The notes under the pieces are model-generated. The model was given only the letters and a program-made list of their open reading frames with translations, ran no database searches and was not told the origin of the DNA. From assembly GCA_002189035.1 (NCBI GenBank), contig NEEC01000016.1, positions 372,001 to 436,000 on the forward strand: a DNA stretch of 64,000 nucleotides. Reading direction: 5' to 3'. The DNA is from Utricularia gibba (Eukaryota > Plantae > Magnoliophyta). The position numbers were made by a program, and so were the translations under genes. Shown piece by piece: positions 1 through 11,677 of the stretch (the stretch's first letter is position 1; the number at the start of each line of letters is the position of its first letter).

Positions 1-64
1 GCTCATGTTATGCGCAAGTTGGTGATCTTTCGGAGAAATTCGATTCGGATCGGATGCTCCGAAG

Positions 65-979
65 ATGTCGAAGGTATACGGGGGGGAGATTGATTATGTT
101 TTCAAAATCGTGTTGATCGGAGATTCGGCAGTGGGGAAATCACAGTTGCTCGCTAGATTTGCTAGGAATGAATTCAATTTGGAATCCAAAGCCACCATCG
201 GGGTCGAGTTCCAAACCAAGACACTCATCATCCATCAGAAGACTGTCAAGGCACAGATATGGGACACCGCCGGCCAGGAAAGGTTCTGATTCATATTCAA
301 TTTACATCTTCTTCTATGAAAAGCACTTACATCACCTCAAGTATTTGTCTTCTGCGATTCACTCGTCTTATAAATCCAACTCTGCACATGCCTGGCTTCC
401 CAGACTTGGATTCTGTCACTTTTGCATTAGCTCTGTTCGTGCTTTACTGTAATAGTCATCGAAGAAGATACTGGCAACTTCCCAGATATCTCATCCCAAG
501 TGAGCTCCAAATGGACACCCTGTGTTGTTGTTGTGATAGGTACCGGGCCGTGACGAGCGCATACTACAGGGGTGCAGTGGGTGCGATGCTGGTATACGAC
601 ATGTCGAAGCGCCAATCTTTCGACCACATGGGACGATGGCTGGAGGAGCTGCGAGGGCACGCCGATAAGAACATCGCGGTGATGCTGATTGGGAACAAGT
701 GTGACTTAGGGACTCTGCGAGCGGTTCCCATGGAGGATGCGCAGGATCTTGCTGAAAGGGAGAAGCTCTACTTCACAGAGACGTCGGCCCTCGAGTCGAC
801 GAACGTGGAGACAGCCTTCATTAGTGTCCTCACTGAGATATATCGGATCATGAGCAAGAAGAGCCTCTCTGGGAGCGATGCCCTACAGGAAGCCCTCCAC
901 TTCTTTCAAGGGCACTGCCATCATCGTCCCTTGACAAGAAATGGAGAGTAAGGCGAAGAGTGGATGCTGTTTCTTTTGA
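65..979 (+). CDS. RABA4D: Rab11-family small GTPase, RabA4 subclass (RabA4d-like); 2 exons (65-282, 540-979); C-terminus disrupted by a frameshift and an in-frame TGA
   Basis: Motifs [46 protein letters not shown] and ETSA are present, with GT..AG intron 283-539. The expected hypervariable end ([22 protein letters not shown]) lies in a shifted frame ending at TGA 977-979. Confidence 0.88.
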
Positions 980-984
980 AGGGT

Positions 985-1017
985 CTTCTTCTTCTTCTTC
1001 TTCTTCTTCTTCTTCTT
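985..1017 (+). repeat. (CTT)11 microsatellite in the Rab 3' UTR
   Basis: Perfect trinucleotide run read directly from the sequence. Confidence 0.95.
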
Positions 1018-2378
1018 TTTCTACTTATCCCAGATTTGCAGAGGCTTTAATGCGTTTTGCAACCTCCACTCATGTATCATATATTCATTCAGCTTAGAAA
1101 AGAACACCAGACTATCTTATGGCCGCAGATAGCATATATCGTTTGGGCCTAGTAGTGGATCCGCGCCCATTAACAATGAGCCCATAAGGCCCATTCGGAG
1201 GGCGGATCGAATTTTTATTTTATTCTTTAATTGGTAATATTTATGTTTTGTAGAAATATCTTTTTTTATATTCAATTACTAATTTATATTTAATTATAAT
1301 TGTTGTAATAATTTTTTCGAACAATATTCTTATTATATTGATGGGGTACAAATCCTATTTTCGCACTTAACATATATGATATTATTTATTTCATATATCC
1401 AATTCTCATAATATTATATTTCTATCAAAATATCTCGTACAACATATATTATATCTATATTCCATACGATGTGAGATTCGTCTACAATATTTATACCTAT
1501 TTACACCTTCTATTGGGCAGGGCACTTCCGCAAGATAAAATACAAATGATCACAAAAATAGTATGATATTACAATGTTGCTAGTAGAGCCTGCAACGAAT
1601 TTTCTCGAATAAAGAAACGAACAATCTAATGAGGAGTCGACACGTCATCGCATCATCATTTGCCTACCCAATTAGTTTGACTTTTTACCCATCACGCATG
1701 CGAAGGCTACCACCACCCACACCCCTACTGGTAACTTTTGGAAATCAACTCAATTTGTACCATGGAAACTAACACGTTGGTGCAATGGCGTTACGGGATT
1801 ATCTATTTTTATTTAATTTTCATTTCATAGTATATGAAAAATCGATATGTGTATAAGTTATTCTCTTCATTATTTGAAACGCAAAAGAAGAGATGTAATA
1901 CGAGGAATTCCAATAGAGTCACCCATCCTATTATTACTTTCGTATAGTTAAGTCTCACTTTAAAATTTAGATGAGATCTATTGTATTAGTGCTGGTATGA
2001 TCACATGTACGATATGTATATAAGTTAAATAGAGGTTTGATCATAATTGATGTTTAATATACTTAGTTCAATGGTACCTAAAATTTTCTAATTTAAACTT
2101 TAAATATAATGAAATAAAATTTATTTTTTTTGAATTCATTATTTTTGCATAAACTAACCCTATCACCATTTAATTTCGAGTAAGTTAAAGTGGTCTAACA
2201 AACGAAATCCAACTTCATTTCATGTACATGTGACACAGTGTAATGGATCATGAATTTCAAGACGTGTGGGTGGTTGAGATTTATAAATCCATGCCTGTTA
2301 TGAAACCCCAATTAAGGTATACACTTTATATATCACATGAGTGTTAATTTAGGAACGATGGTATAACGATTACCGTAC

Positions 2379-4837
2379 TTAATCTTGTGTAGGCCGGGCC
2401 AACCAAAGCGAGCTGAGGGCACGGAGGCGTTGGAAGAACTCCGAGATGGCGATGAGGCAACGCGCCGCCTGCCGGACATTCAGGATTTGGCGTAGCTGGT
2501 GTAGGGTTTGGTGCCTTAGGTTTTCGGCCTGCCACCGAGTTCATAGCTGAGAAACATGCCACAGTGTAAATGAAAAGGAGGAGATTACGCGGACTGACTG
2601 AACCTGTCTGATGAAGGCTTCCAGGGTTGAGAGATTGTTGATGGCGAGGGCCATCTGAGACATGTAGGAGTTCATGTTCGGCGGCGCTGCGAGCGAGTCG
2701 GCGACGATGGCCTGGGACAGGGAGTGGTACATGGAATCCAGACCTTCTGAGAGGGCTTCTTCTGCTTCATGTGTGGACTGTTGCAGCCCACAGATCCCCA
2801 TGAGCTGCTGCTCCGTTAGCGGCTCCACTTCCCTCACAATGATCTGCACATCCCGGAAAGAAGCTGTCATGGTATAACTATGAAGACATCATTTCCATAC
2901 ACGAAAATGGATCAAAATTGCATGCAAGATGTCAGCTTTATGGGCGGATGGACTGAGAAATGGGTTTTTGTAGTAAGCACCATCATCTGTTTCGCCATCC
3001 TGTTCATGTTTACTTCTTTTAAATTAATGCACATGATCGTTTCTTTCTGTGGGGCATCCATTAGATCTCTGAAAAGTAGAAATGGAGGTTATGTATTGCA
3101 TGCGAACCTTGATGAGCTCCGATGGCCGGAAACCGCCTACCCACATGAAGCAGCGCTCAGCCGGAGTCCTCCATGTACCGGACAAGAGGTGGAAGACGTC
3201 GAACTTTGCGATCATACCCTTGAGGCTGGTCACTTGATCGTAGTGGCTCAAACAGTTGTCCACCAGGACATGTAGCTCGTTTTCCGGCAAGTGATCCGCC
3301 ACCGCGTTCCGGAGGTCGGACACAATTTGGTGGTGGTCTTCCAGCCACCGGGCGTACTCTACATCGAACAGTGCTGCTGTACGAAAGCGTAAGCTCAGAG
3401 ATCTATACACCATGAGAATTACCAACACGCGTTGCAAAATGATATCAGCAATGAACAGTAAGTTCAGTCCATCCTCTACCTGAGTTGATGCTCGCCATGG
3501 GAGCAGAAAGGGTCTGATCTCCTCCTGTAAGAGAAGGCATCCCCACATACAAACCCTAATTTCCACGATCCATGGAACAACAGAAGTTAATTCACCACAA
3601 GATGGGAATCCCAATGCAGACTACTACTCTTTTACCTGCGCCCTGGCTTTTTGTATCTCTTGTTCCAACTGAGTGAGCCTCATTCTACTCGTCTCCAACT
3701 GCTGAACATAAGCCTGGAAAACACCATCCATCACAAACCACCATTTCCTTATTAGAAAAGCTTGTTGTCCCGGAGACAAACAACTGACCTTTCTCCTCAG
3801 CCTGCTTTTCCGAGCTGCCTCTCTATTTTGTGCCAGTCTCCTCAGTGTCTGCTTCATGTTTTTCAGTTTCAGAGATTGACAAACGTATGGCCTCTATGAA
3901 GAGAGTAGGAGGATTAAAAAAGGAAGTAGGTGGAAAGCAAAACCTTAGGGTCTCTGGTCTTCGGTCCATCGTGTTCTGGACTCGAGGCCGGCCCTCTCCT
4001 ATTCCTCTCCCACTGCACGCGTTCAGAAAACACAGAATGTTCCTTTTCTCTTTCTCTCGCGGTTTTTTCAAGGAAAAAGTTACCTTGCTATGTTCCAAAG
4101 GAGAAGAAGCATCATTCATGGAGAGATGATCCATAGCTTGTTCAGATGATTTCTTGGAGGCACTGGTTGAAGGAGAAACTGCTAACCCTTCGTTAACCTA
4201 CAGATTAGGAAACACAAATCCAGTCATTTCGCATAAAGGAAGAAGAAGGAGAAGGGAAAAAACAGAAACCTTCGATGGCGCAGGAAAGGGGTCTACATGC
4301 ATGGGCTGTGAAGGGAAAATGTTGAGAGTTGGTGGCCTTAAACCAGAAGAACTTTCTGCAAGCAAACACAGCAGAGAAAAAGGTTCCCTTGTGTTGAAAA
4401 GCAACAAAAATCTCTCTTTCTCGATCGAGATTATCTCATCCTCATCAATAAAAAAAATGGGATCCAGGATCCTTACGGGGTTGATCTTGATTCGCCGCCC
4501 CCCGATCCTGTCCCTCGAAGAACTGGAAAATCGCTTGATCCAGCTCCCCCATGTCGGAGCTGCCCTCTTTGCTTCTGCATCGAAACAACTTTCAGATTTT
4601 GCACCCGAATTCAATTCCTATCTTGAAACCCAGACCTTGACTTCAGCTACAAACTGGATGGACTACGAAGAGGGTCAAGAGCAATTACACGTCATTGAAG
4701 CTCTGTGATGCAGATCGCATCACCCCAAATGATGGCGGCATGTGGCTCCCCTGGTGGTGATGATGATGATGATGAATGATTTCACCTTCCTTTTGCAGCC
4801 CCATTTCTGCAGCACGAAGATGATGATTTGCTTCCAT
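2379..4837 (-). CDS. TGA10: TGA-class bZIP transcription factor with DOG1 domain (TGA10-like), about 10 exons, intact
   Basis: Spliced reconstruction gives KEGSSDMGELDQAIF, LRPPTLNIFPSQPMHVDP, TLRRLAQNREAARKSRLRRK-AYVQQLETSR, FDVEYARWLE, WRTPAERCFMWVGGFRPSELIK and last exon AENLRHQTL..RLRALSSLWLARPTQD*. All junctions are GT-AG and phase-consistent. Confidence 0.92.
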
Positions 4838-6135
4838 GGGAGGAGGCTGGCCGTTCCCCGTTGATCTCAGAAAAAAAGGCAAGAGGAGGAGGAGGGGGAG
4901 AGGGGAATAATCATTCGGTTGTGGAGCAGGTGAAGGACGAAAGCCTCATCCGAAGCTCTGGACGAAAGAAGCCGATTTCAGTTACAGAATCCTTACTTTT
5001 TCCTCTCAACTTTTTCCTTCGCTACAACTTCAGCAACTCCTCCCGCTTTGGTTCCCGTAGCCGCATTAGACACCTGGTGCGTCAAAACCAAAACCCCCAC
5101 GCACGTTGACCAAAATTTCAGAGAAATTTCAACATAAAATTTTTAATATTAAAAAAATGCTGTTATCAGTAAATATATATTTTTTATTTTTAATCATAAA
5201 AGAGTTATAAATATTTCAAAAATATAAGTTTAAATAATATCAATCACATACAATTATTCTAATTAATGAATACATGAAATATCTTATCATGACAATTTAA
5301 ATTATCAAATATATTAATATCTCATGTATGTTGTAATGATGCATTACTATATTGTCTGTTTTGGGTATTCAACCTTCTAGATTTTACATTTTTCGTATAC
5401 AAAATTTATGTAATTATTCTATTTAATCTTATCTTATCTAATCGATACGAGATTTGATTAAGTTGGTTCTATCACACTTTCTTAAGCATGACCATACATA
5501 TGTTATCATTGATAACTCATAATATTAAGAAATATTTGCCCATTAAACTTGAAAACTCCCAAAAAAAAAAGAAAAAAACTCAAACTTAGATAATATTAAC
5601 TTGTTTCAAAATAAATGTTAAATATTTTTACTAAAATGTTAAATATTAAGATTTTATGACACAATTTTGTATTATAAAATGAGGAGTAGCCCCATGGTGG
5701 GCAACGCCTAATTATTGAGCATTGAAAAGATAGGGATTTCTAGGAAAGGGTCACGGCCATGTACAACTTGGCCATGCGTCACGTACTTTTAATGTGTCGA
5801 TTGCCTCAGCACATATTTTATTCAATTTTATGGTACAATAATTAATCATATAGTAAGGGGGGCAACGTGGCCATTTGGAAATGATTAAAAACTAATGTTT
5901 CAAATAACCCTAAACCTGATTTCCAATGCAAAACGATTAAATCAAATTTTTTTCAAATGAAACGTGAAATTACGATTTTGTAAACAAGTTGAGAAACTTC
6001 AGGAAATCAGTGGATGAATTAAAAGGGGGGAAAAACAAGAGTACAAAGCATGCCTACAGGGCAAATATTGCATGGGTTCCAGACTGAAGTGGAGTACAGG
6101 GAAGGAGGACGCAGCCGGTACAGAAGAATATGATC

Positions 6136-7927
6136 TTACTGCTTGGGCATGTAGTAGGGATGGTATCCACCATGGCCGCTTTGGGGGGAAGCGCCCTCTC
6201 TTTTAACTGGGTACTGGGGATATGGATACGGCATTTGGGAGTACGGAGCGGCGGCGGCGGACGGCGGGCTGCCGTAGGAACCTGTGTAGTAAGGTAGCAT
6301 CGAGGGGGGGTACCCATAGCCCATAGGGACACCGGACCCCATCTGTGGGTACCCGCCGGCCATGTGTGGGGGTAAAGGAGCTGCAGATGTGGGCATCTGA
6401 GAAGCTTTGGCTCTGTAGTTGTCTGCAAGCTTCACCGTGATCTTTCTTCCCTGCAACAGATGGAGAGAATGAGGGGCTCGTAAGGTGTAGGAAGATGTTG
6501 AGAATGCAGGTGTTTTAGATGGCATACTCCGATGACGATCTGGGGGTCGTTGATAGCTCTGTTTGCTGACTCCACGTTCTTGAAAGTAACGAAGCCAAAG
6601 CCACTATGAAAATGCATCAGGTGCGTGAGGGAGGGAGGGAGGGAGGGAGGAAGTTTACTTTCTCAAGAAGGTGAAAGAAAAATAAGGTGGTTACCGTGAT
6701 TTATTTGTCTCCTTGTCATATGTGACTGAGCCTTCTTCAATCTCCCCGTACCGTACAAAACAGCTGAGCAGCATCTCAGTTGTTGTCTCAGGGGACAAGC
6801 CTCCAATGTACAGCTTCCTTTGGGCTTGGTCTGGGTGCTGCTGGAGCTGCTTAAGCCTTCACTAGCAAGGTTGCAAACAGCCATTCGACCCTAAATATGC
6901 AGAAATCAAGTATCCAAAATAAGCAGCGGGTAACGAGGAAGGGGGAACAGGAATTCAAGATTCTTAATGTAACCTTATCCAGAACTAATTAACTTCTCCC
7001 AGATAAATTGGGGCAACTCACATCTATCATTTTGCTGGGAGCTTTTAGAGCTCTCTGAGCAGATTCCATATCTTTATAGGTTATGAAACCATAGCCACGT
7101 GATTTTCCAGTTTGCTTGTCATAGATCACAGCACCCTCTTCGACTTCCCCATGTTCTTGAAAAGCCTGTACACAATGTTTGGTTCATTCAATGGAGGTGA
7201 TCACCAAGCCAGAAAGTCTTTTGCGAACATAGTTGTTTCACATAATGCAGCCACACGAAGGGACATGACAATCCACAGGCAGCGAATTCACTCACAGCAC
7301 ACAAACTGTCTGTAGTAGTATTCCAAGCTAAACCACGAACGAAAAGCTTTCGAAGGGCAGGATCAGCACTTGCAACACTTTTAATTTCTTCAGCAACACA
7401 AGGATATTGGGACCCTCTTCACGCCAGAACATGCAAACAAGCGCACACATTCCACGTCAATCCACACAGTGCACATCCAAGATGAACAGCTTTCATAAAC
7501 TAAACATCAGACCCTAAAAAATCCAAAAATAATAAAAAACAATTCTGAACCTCGTATCCAGCTAAGAAACTCCAGAATTAAGCCACAAGCTCATGAAAAC
7601 ATAGCAATAATGCTTGCCACAGACTATGGTAATCCAAGAAAGGTAAAGGACCAAGCTTTGAGCAGAGGGGGTACGCAAAACAGTAAAGAAAACACCCGCT
7701 TTTCAACACATCATTTACAGAGTAATAGGTTAGCAACTAAAGAAATTGGCGGAAACACAGATAGATAATTACGCTCTAGCGAGAATATCAACGAGCTGTG
7801 GCTTCGGAAACCCTTCAAGTATCCCCCGCAACTCATCAACAGCAGAATAACCCACATCGTCACCATAACTGCGTAGAAATTGACCATCTCCAATTTCCTC
7901 CAGCTTCCTCTTCTTAATTTCATCCAT
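6136..7927 (-). CDS. Two-RRM hnRNP-like protein (UBP1-associated protein 2C-like), 6 exons; apparent 1-nt deletion at 6833-6835
   Basis: MDEIKKRKLEE..KPQLVDILAR, RKLFVRGLAWNTT, KSRGYGFITYKDMESA, RKLYIGGLSPE (restored by adding one C) and GFGFVTFKNVESA, followed by a Pro/Tyr-rich tail ending YYMPKQ*. Confidence 0.88.
6629..6650 (+). repeat. (GGGA)5GG tract in an intron of the RRM gene; G-quadruplex-compatible on + strand, pyrimidine tract on the pre-mRNA
   Basis: Five GGG runs separated by single A. Confidence 0.85.
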
Positions 7928-8064
7928 ATTTAGCACCACAAACCCCTAATCGCTAAGGAGCAGAACCAGGGAGACGGAGACGGAAGCGACGTCGGTGCAG
8001 ATGGCCATTCAGAAGATAAAAAACACACCTTTTAACTGGGCTTTATCGGGCCTAAAATAGCATA

Positions 8065-8112
8065 GGCCCAATTACCTCTTAGTTCTAGAAGCCCAATACG
8101 TTATCGAGCCCA
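8065..8112 (-). promoter_or_regulatory. Cluster of three site II elements (TGGGCY) upstream of the RRM gene
   Basis: GGCCCA 8065-8070, AGCCCA 8090-8095 and AGCCCA 8107-8112, about 140-190 bp upstream of ATG 7927. Confidence 0.55.
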
Positions 8113-8272
8113 AATACTGTTCACAGGTCTGCACACTTACCTTCAACAATTTTCTATCCCTGATTACACTGTGAGCATGACATTGTCAAAAACCAAGAAG
8201 GATGGTGAAATTCCCTCTGTAGCAGGAAGAGGAGTTGATACTAAGGACACAAATCTATGGCTTCTGCTATCC

Positions 8273-10305
8273 CTACATCTTCCGCGATCTCTTCTTCTTC
8301 TGTACTGTCGACAGAGATGTGCTATCGGGTTCACCTGTTTCCCATCCCTCTTTACTGACCAGGGGAGGATGAGGAGGAGGAGTTCTTTTAGGTGGTCTAC
8401 CCACACTCCTCTTCACAGGACTAGGAGCAGCAACCTTTGCCTTCATTTCCCTTGTTTCTGAGCTTCTCCGGGTGCTATGCTGCTGTTTTTTCTCACCTCT
8501 TTTACACAAAGTGCTGCCACTGCTTAAGGGTGTGTTCCTCATAGCGTCTACCAACAAGCCATTGCTTGAGGGAGTGGAGCTATTGCTCATCCTGTTCAGG
8601 AAAATGGCGGTCCCGCGCTTCTTTGCCTTGTTAACGTCAACCACCTTGGTCTCTCCTCCATGATCAGCAGATGATGATACTACCCCTTTACTACGCTGTT
8701 TCCTAGGTTCCAGGGATGCTTTGTTGTCGATGACTTCGGGATCCTCAGGCTTCAGATTAGATGAGACAGTGGGAATTCTTTCTCTGCTTCTCTTCTTAGT
8801 GATCTTGGGTTCCTCGAGCATTGCAAACGGCATGCGTGGCTTTTCCTCCCTCCTCTCGTCCACTACTGGTGAAGCCTTGGCTTTGATGGAACTGCGCTTG
8901 CGGCAGATTCCAGGTTTCAGCAAGTTGAAGAGCTCGCCCTCTTCCATCTTGGGTGCCAAATGAGACTCCAGGGAAGCTGCCTTCACCAGTGAAGCGTCTG
9001 ACTTGGAATGTCGCTGAGAAATCTCCTTGCGGACCATCACGCGAATTTCCATGGCGGCATTGGCCTCCATTGAGTCGCCGGGATAGAAGACAATCGCGTT
9101 GTTGACGAGCAATAGAAGATCACGGAAGAACTTGGCCGGAGAAGAAGAATAGAGGCCTCCTTTCATTCTCTCTTCTACTGTGTCGAAATCAACGTGTTCT
9201 AGTACGGTTTTCTCATAAATGGAGCTTTCCTGCATCATGATCCATCAATACAAGAAGCAAATATACTTGCGAAAAAAATGCAGTACCTGGCTCAAGAGCC
9301 TGCGCTGGAACACGGCGCTCAGTTTATGCGCACGGAGAGTGCAGAGTAGTGCCATCAATGGTTGGGATTGTGCCGATGAATATTTAATGGCGCTAGACTG
9401 CCCCTCGTGTTCATGTTCAGCCATAATGCTGCTCCGGCGAGTTGCTGCTTTATCATTTCCCACCCCCTTTCTCGATTTACCGGCGGAACTCTGCACATCG
9501 GAGTCTTCCTTCGTCCCTGCCTCGGGTAAGTCGCAGCTACCGCCCTGAAAATCAACCTCCCCGGAGCCACTGAAGGGTTCACGCTTGGGCTGCTCCGGCT
9601 CCTGTCTGCTATTAGTACTCCCGTTGCAGGATTCTTCTAGAACCAATTTCCGGTCCGCAACCTTCCGGCAAGTACTATCGTCGTCACCTCCCGATTTCAT
9701 CTCGGTCGATATATCATCAGTTGAATTGGACTCGTGAGCTGATAGCCGCTCTTTCTCCAATCCCTCGCCAATTACCCTCTCGGGCGGGCCACTTTCCTTC
9801 TCTCGGTTCTCCTTTTCCTTATCCGATGTGCTTATTTCTCCCCTCAAGCTTCGCTCTCGCTCTGCCTCCATCATTTTCACCTTCAATTCCAGTGACCTGC
9901 GCAGCACGCATCAGGTAAACGCGAAAGCCACCAAAAGCAAAGTCAAATGCCTTTCCAAACATCCTAATTCCATGAATCAAAAAAGTACTCGATGTTGAGA
10001 TCGTGACGTTGCACCTCCCGCCGGAGTTCCGCCACGCGCAATTTTCTTAGCTGTTCCAATAATCGCACGGTCTCCTCCGCGTCAAAACGACGCTTAATAT
10101 CCAGGTACTTCAGCCTGCAATTCTGCGCCGTTACCCCCTTTTTGGATGTCCGCCGCTGTAGTTCGTTGGCTACGGAATCCCATGCGGCGGTGCCGTAGCG
10201 GTCGACAGCGAAGGCGAGGAGAAGCTCCTCCCATGTCCCCCATGAAGGCGTTGAGGCACCGCCGCCTTGCCGCTCCGGGCTGACGTCCCCTCCGGGCTCG
10301 GTCAT
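8273..10305 (-). CDS. SANT/Myb-like plus bromodomain protein (At2g42150/At3g57980-like), 3 exons (10305-9989, 9896-9287, 9229-8273)
   Basis: N-terminal WGTWEELLLAFAVDRYGTAAWDSVANELQRR..LRKLRVAELRREV, then a bromodomain-like segment (SAVFQRRL..HVDFDTV..FFRDLLLLVNNAIVFY) and a basic tail with KRSVGRPPK. GT-AG junctions are in phase. Confidence 0.88.
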
Positions 10306-10600
10306 GAACCACGACGATTGCCGTACACCACGATTCCGAAAATTCTAGGGTTCGCAATCAATTCAACTCCCTGGCCCTTCCCCCTCTCTTCCGTTCATTC
10401 TGTGGCCGCCTCTCGAAAACGTGCGTCAATTTCCATATTCGAAAAATTATTTTTTTTCACTCTATTTTTATTCGACGATTAAAACCCATTAATTCCCCCG
10501 AATTTTATTATTTTAATATTCTCATTTATTACTGGAAATGAACGTGCGAGGTAGTCACGTTGATAGTACAAAGAAAGCATCAGCACTGCGCCGCATTCAT

Positions 10601-11423
10601 CTAATAGTTGCCGCCGGTGGTGTAGCCGGTTCCGCCACTGGTTCTTCCGGTTCCGGTATACCCGGTGTGGGGAAGATCAGAACCTGTAACCCCAGTAGCT
10701 CCTGTCCCCGGCGCGTGGCCGTAGGTCCCGGTGGCCCCGGTGTGGGGAAGACCAGAACCTGTAAACCCAGTAGCAGCTCCTGTCCCCGGAGCGTGGCCGT
10801 AGGTTCCGGTCGCCCCGGTGTGGGGAAGATCAGAACCTGTAAACCCAGTAGCAGCTCCTGTCCCCGGAGCGTGGCCGTAGGTTCCGGTCGCCCCGGTGTG
10901 GGGAAGATCAGAATCTGTAACCCCAGTAGCTCCTGTCCCCGGAGCGTGGCCGTAGGTTCCGGTCGCCCCGGTGTGGGGAAGATCAGAACCTGTAAACCCA
11001 GTAGCTCCTGTCCCCGGCGCGTGGCCGTATGTCCCGGTCGCCCCGGTGTGGGGAAGATCAGAACCTGTAACCCCGGTAGTCCCTGTCCCTGGAGTATATC
11101 CATGGGTCCCAGTAGTGGATGGCCCCTTGACGGCGGCGTTGTGATGATGCGCCGCCTGCTTCTCCCGCTCCGCCTCGTTGATCCTCGCCGCCTTCTTCTC
11201 CTCCGCAATGTCCTTCTTTATCGGGTCACGGGTCGTCATCTTCTCCGCCTGACAAAAGAAGAAGAAACAGATACATTTAACCCAGTTACACCGTCGAAGC
11301 AAGGAGATGACAGAAGAGTAGTAGCTAGTAAGCAACCGTTGCTTGGGCCGTGGCTTTGGTTTTCTCCATGCCGGCCTTCGCTGTTGCCGCCACGTTAGAA
11401 ACTGCTTCCTTTGCGGACTGCAT
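10601..11423 (-). CDS. Late embryogenesis abundant group 4 protein (LEA_1, LEA4-5-like), 244 aa, with Gly/Thr-rich tandem repeats; exons 11423-11337 and 11248-10601
   Basis: [29 protein letters not shown]|[39 protein letters not shown] matches the LEA4-5 N-terminal helix, and the protein ends GYTTGGNY*. A phase-0 GT-AG intron is present. Confidence 0.9.
10661..11074 (-). repeat. Coding minisatellite: 5 full units of 75/78 bp plus a partial unit (G[V/F][22 protein letters not shown](A)T)
   Basis: Units of 25, 25, 26, 26 and 25 aa (381 nt, 11074-10694) plus an 11-aa partial unit, read directly. Confidence 0.95.
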
Positions 11424-11488
11424 TTTGATCCGTACTTGACTTGCTGTTCTTCCACTGGATTATAACAGACAGAGGATAATGGCGCTGC

Positions 11489-11590
11489 TATATATGGATC
11501 CATGGAGGGAGTCGAGTCACCACCCACGTGGCGCAATATTCCAGGAGCGCGCAGCGTTTCGACGCGCGTCCCTGGGCGTTGACACGTGTT
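11489..11590 (-). promoter_or_regulatory. ABA-responsive LEA promoter: TATA box plus two ABRE/G-boxes and a CE3-like palindrome
   Basis: TATATA 11489-11494, CACGTGGC 11525-11532, GACGCGCGTC 11561-11570 and GACACGTGTT 11581-11590. ABREs are typical of LEA promoters. Confidence 0.75.
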
Positions 11591-11677
11591 CCTCTTGTCC
11601 CAGTTGCTTTATTCATATGAATTATCAGTTTTCTTTACACAAACTGGAGTTACAAGTATCATATTGGCCCCGGCGTT

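Noticed and set aside
5070-5785. TGACG motifs upstream of TGA10 suggesting autoregulation
   Set aside because: Isolated 5-mers are expected by chance; no paired as-1 arrangement.
10538-11398. Long overlapping ORFs in other frames and on the opposite strand across the LEA repeats
   Set aside because: They are shadows of a GC-rich tandem repeat that lacks stops in several frames. Only the LEA frame has family motifs and matching splice sites.
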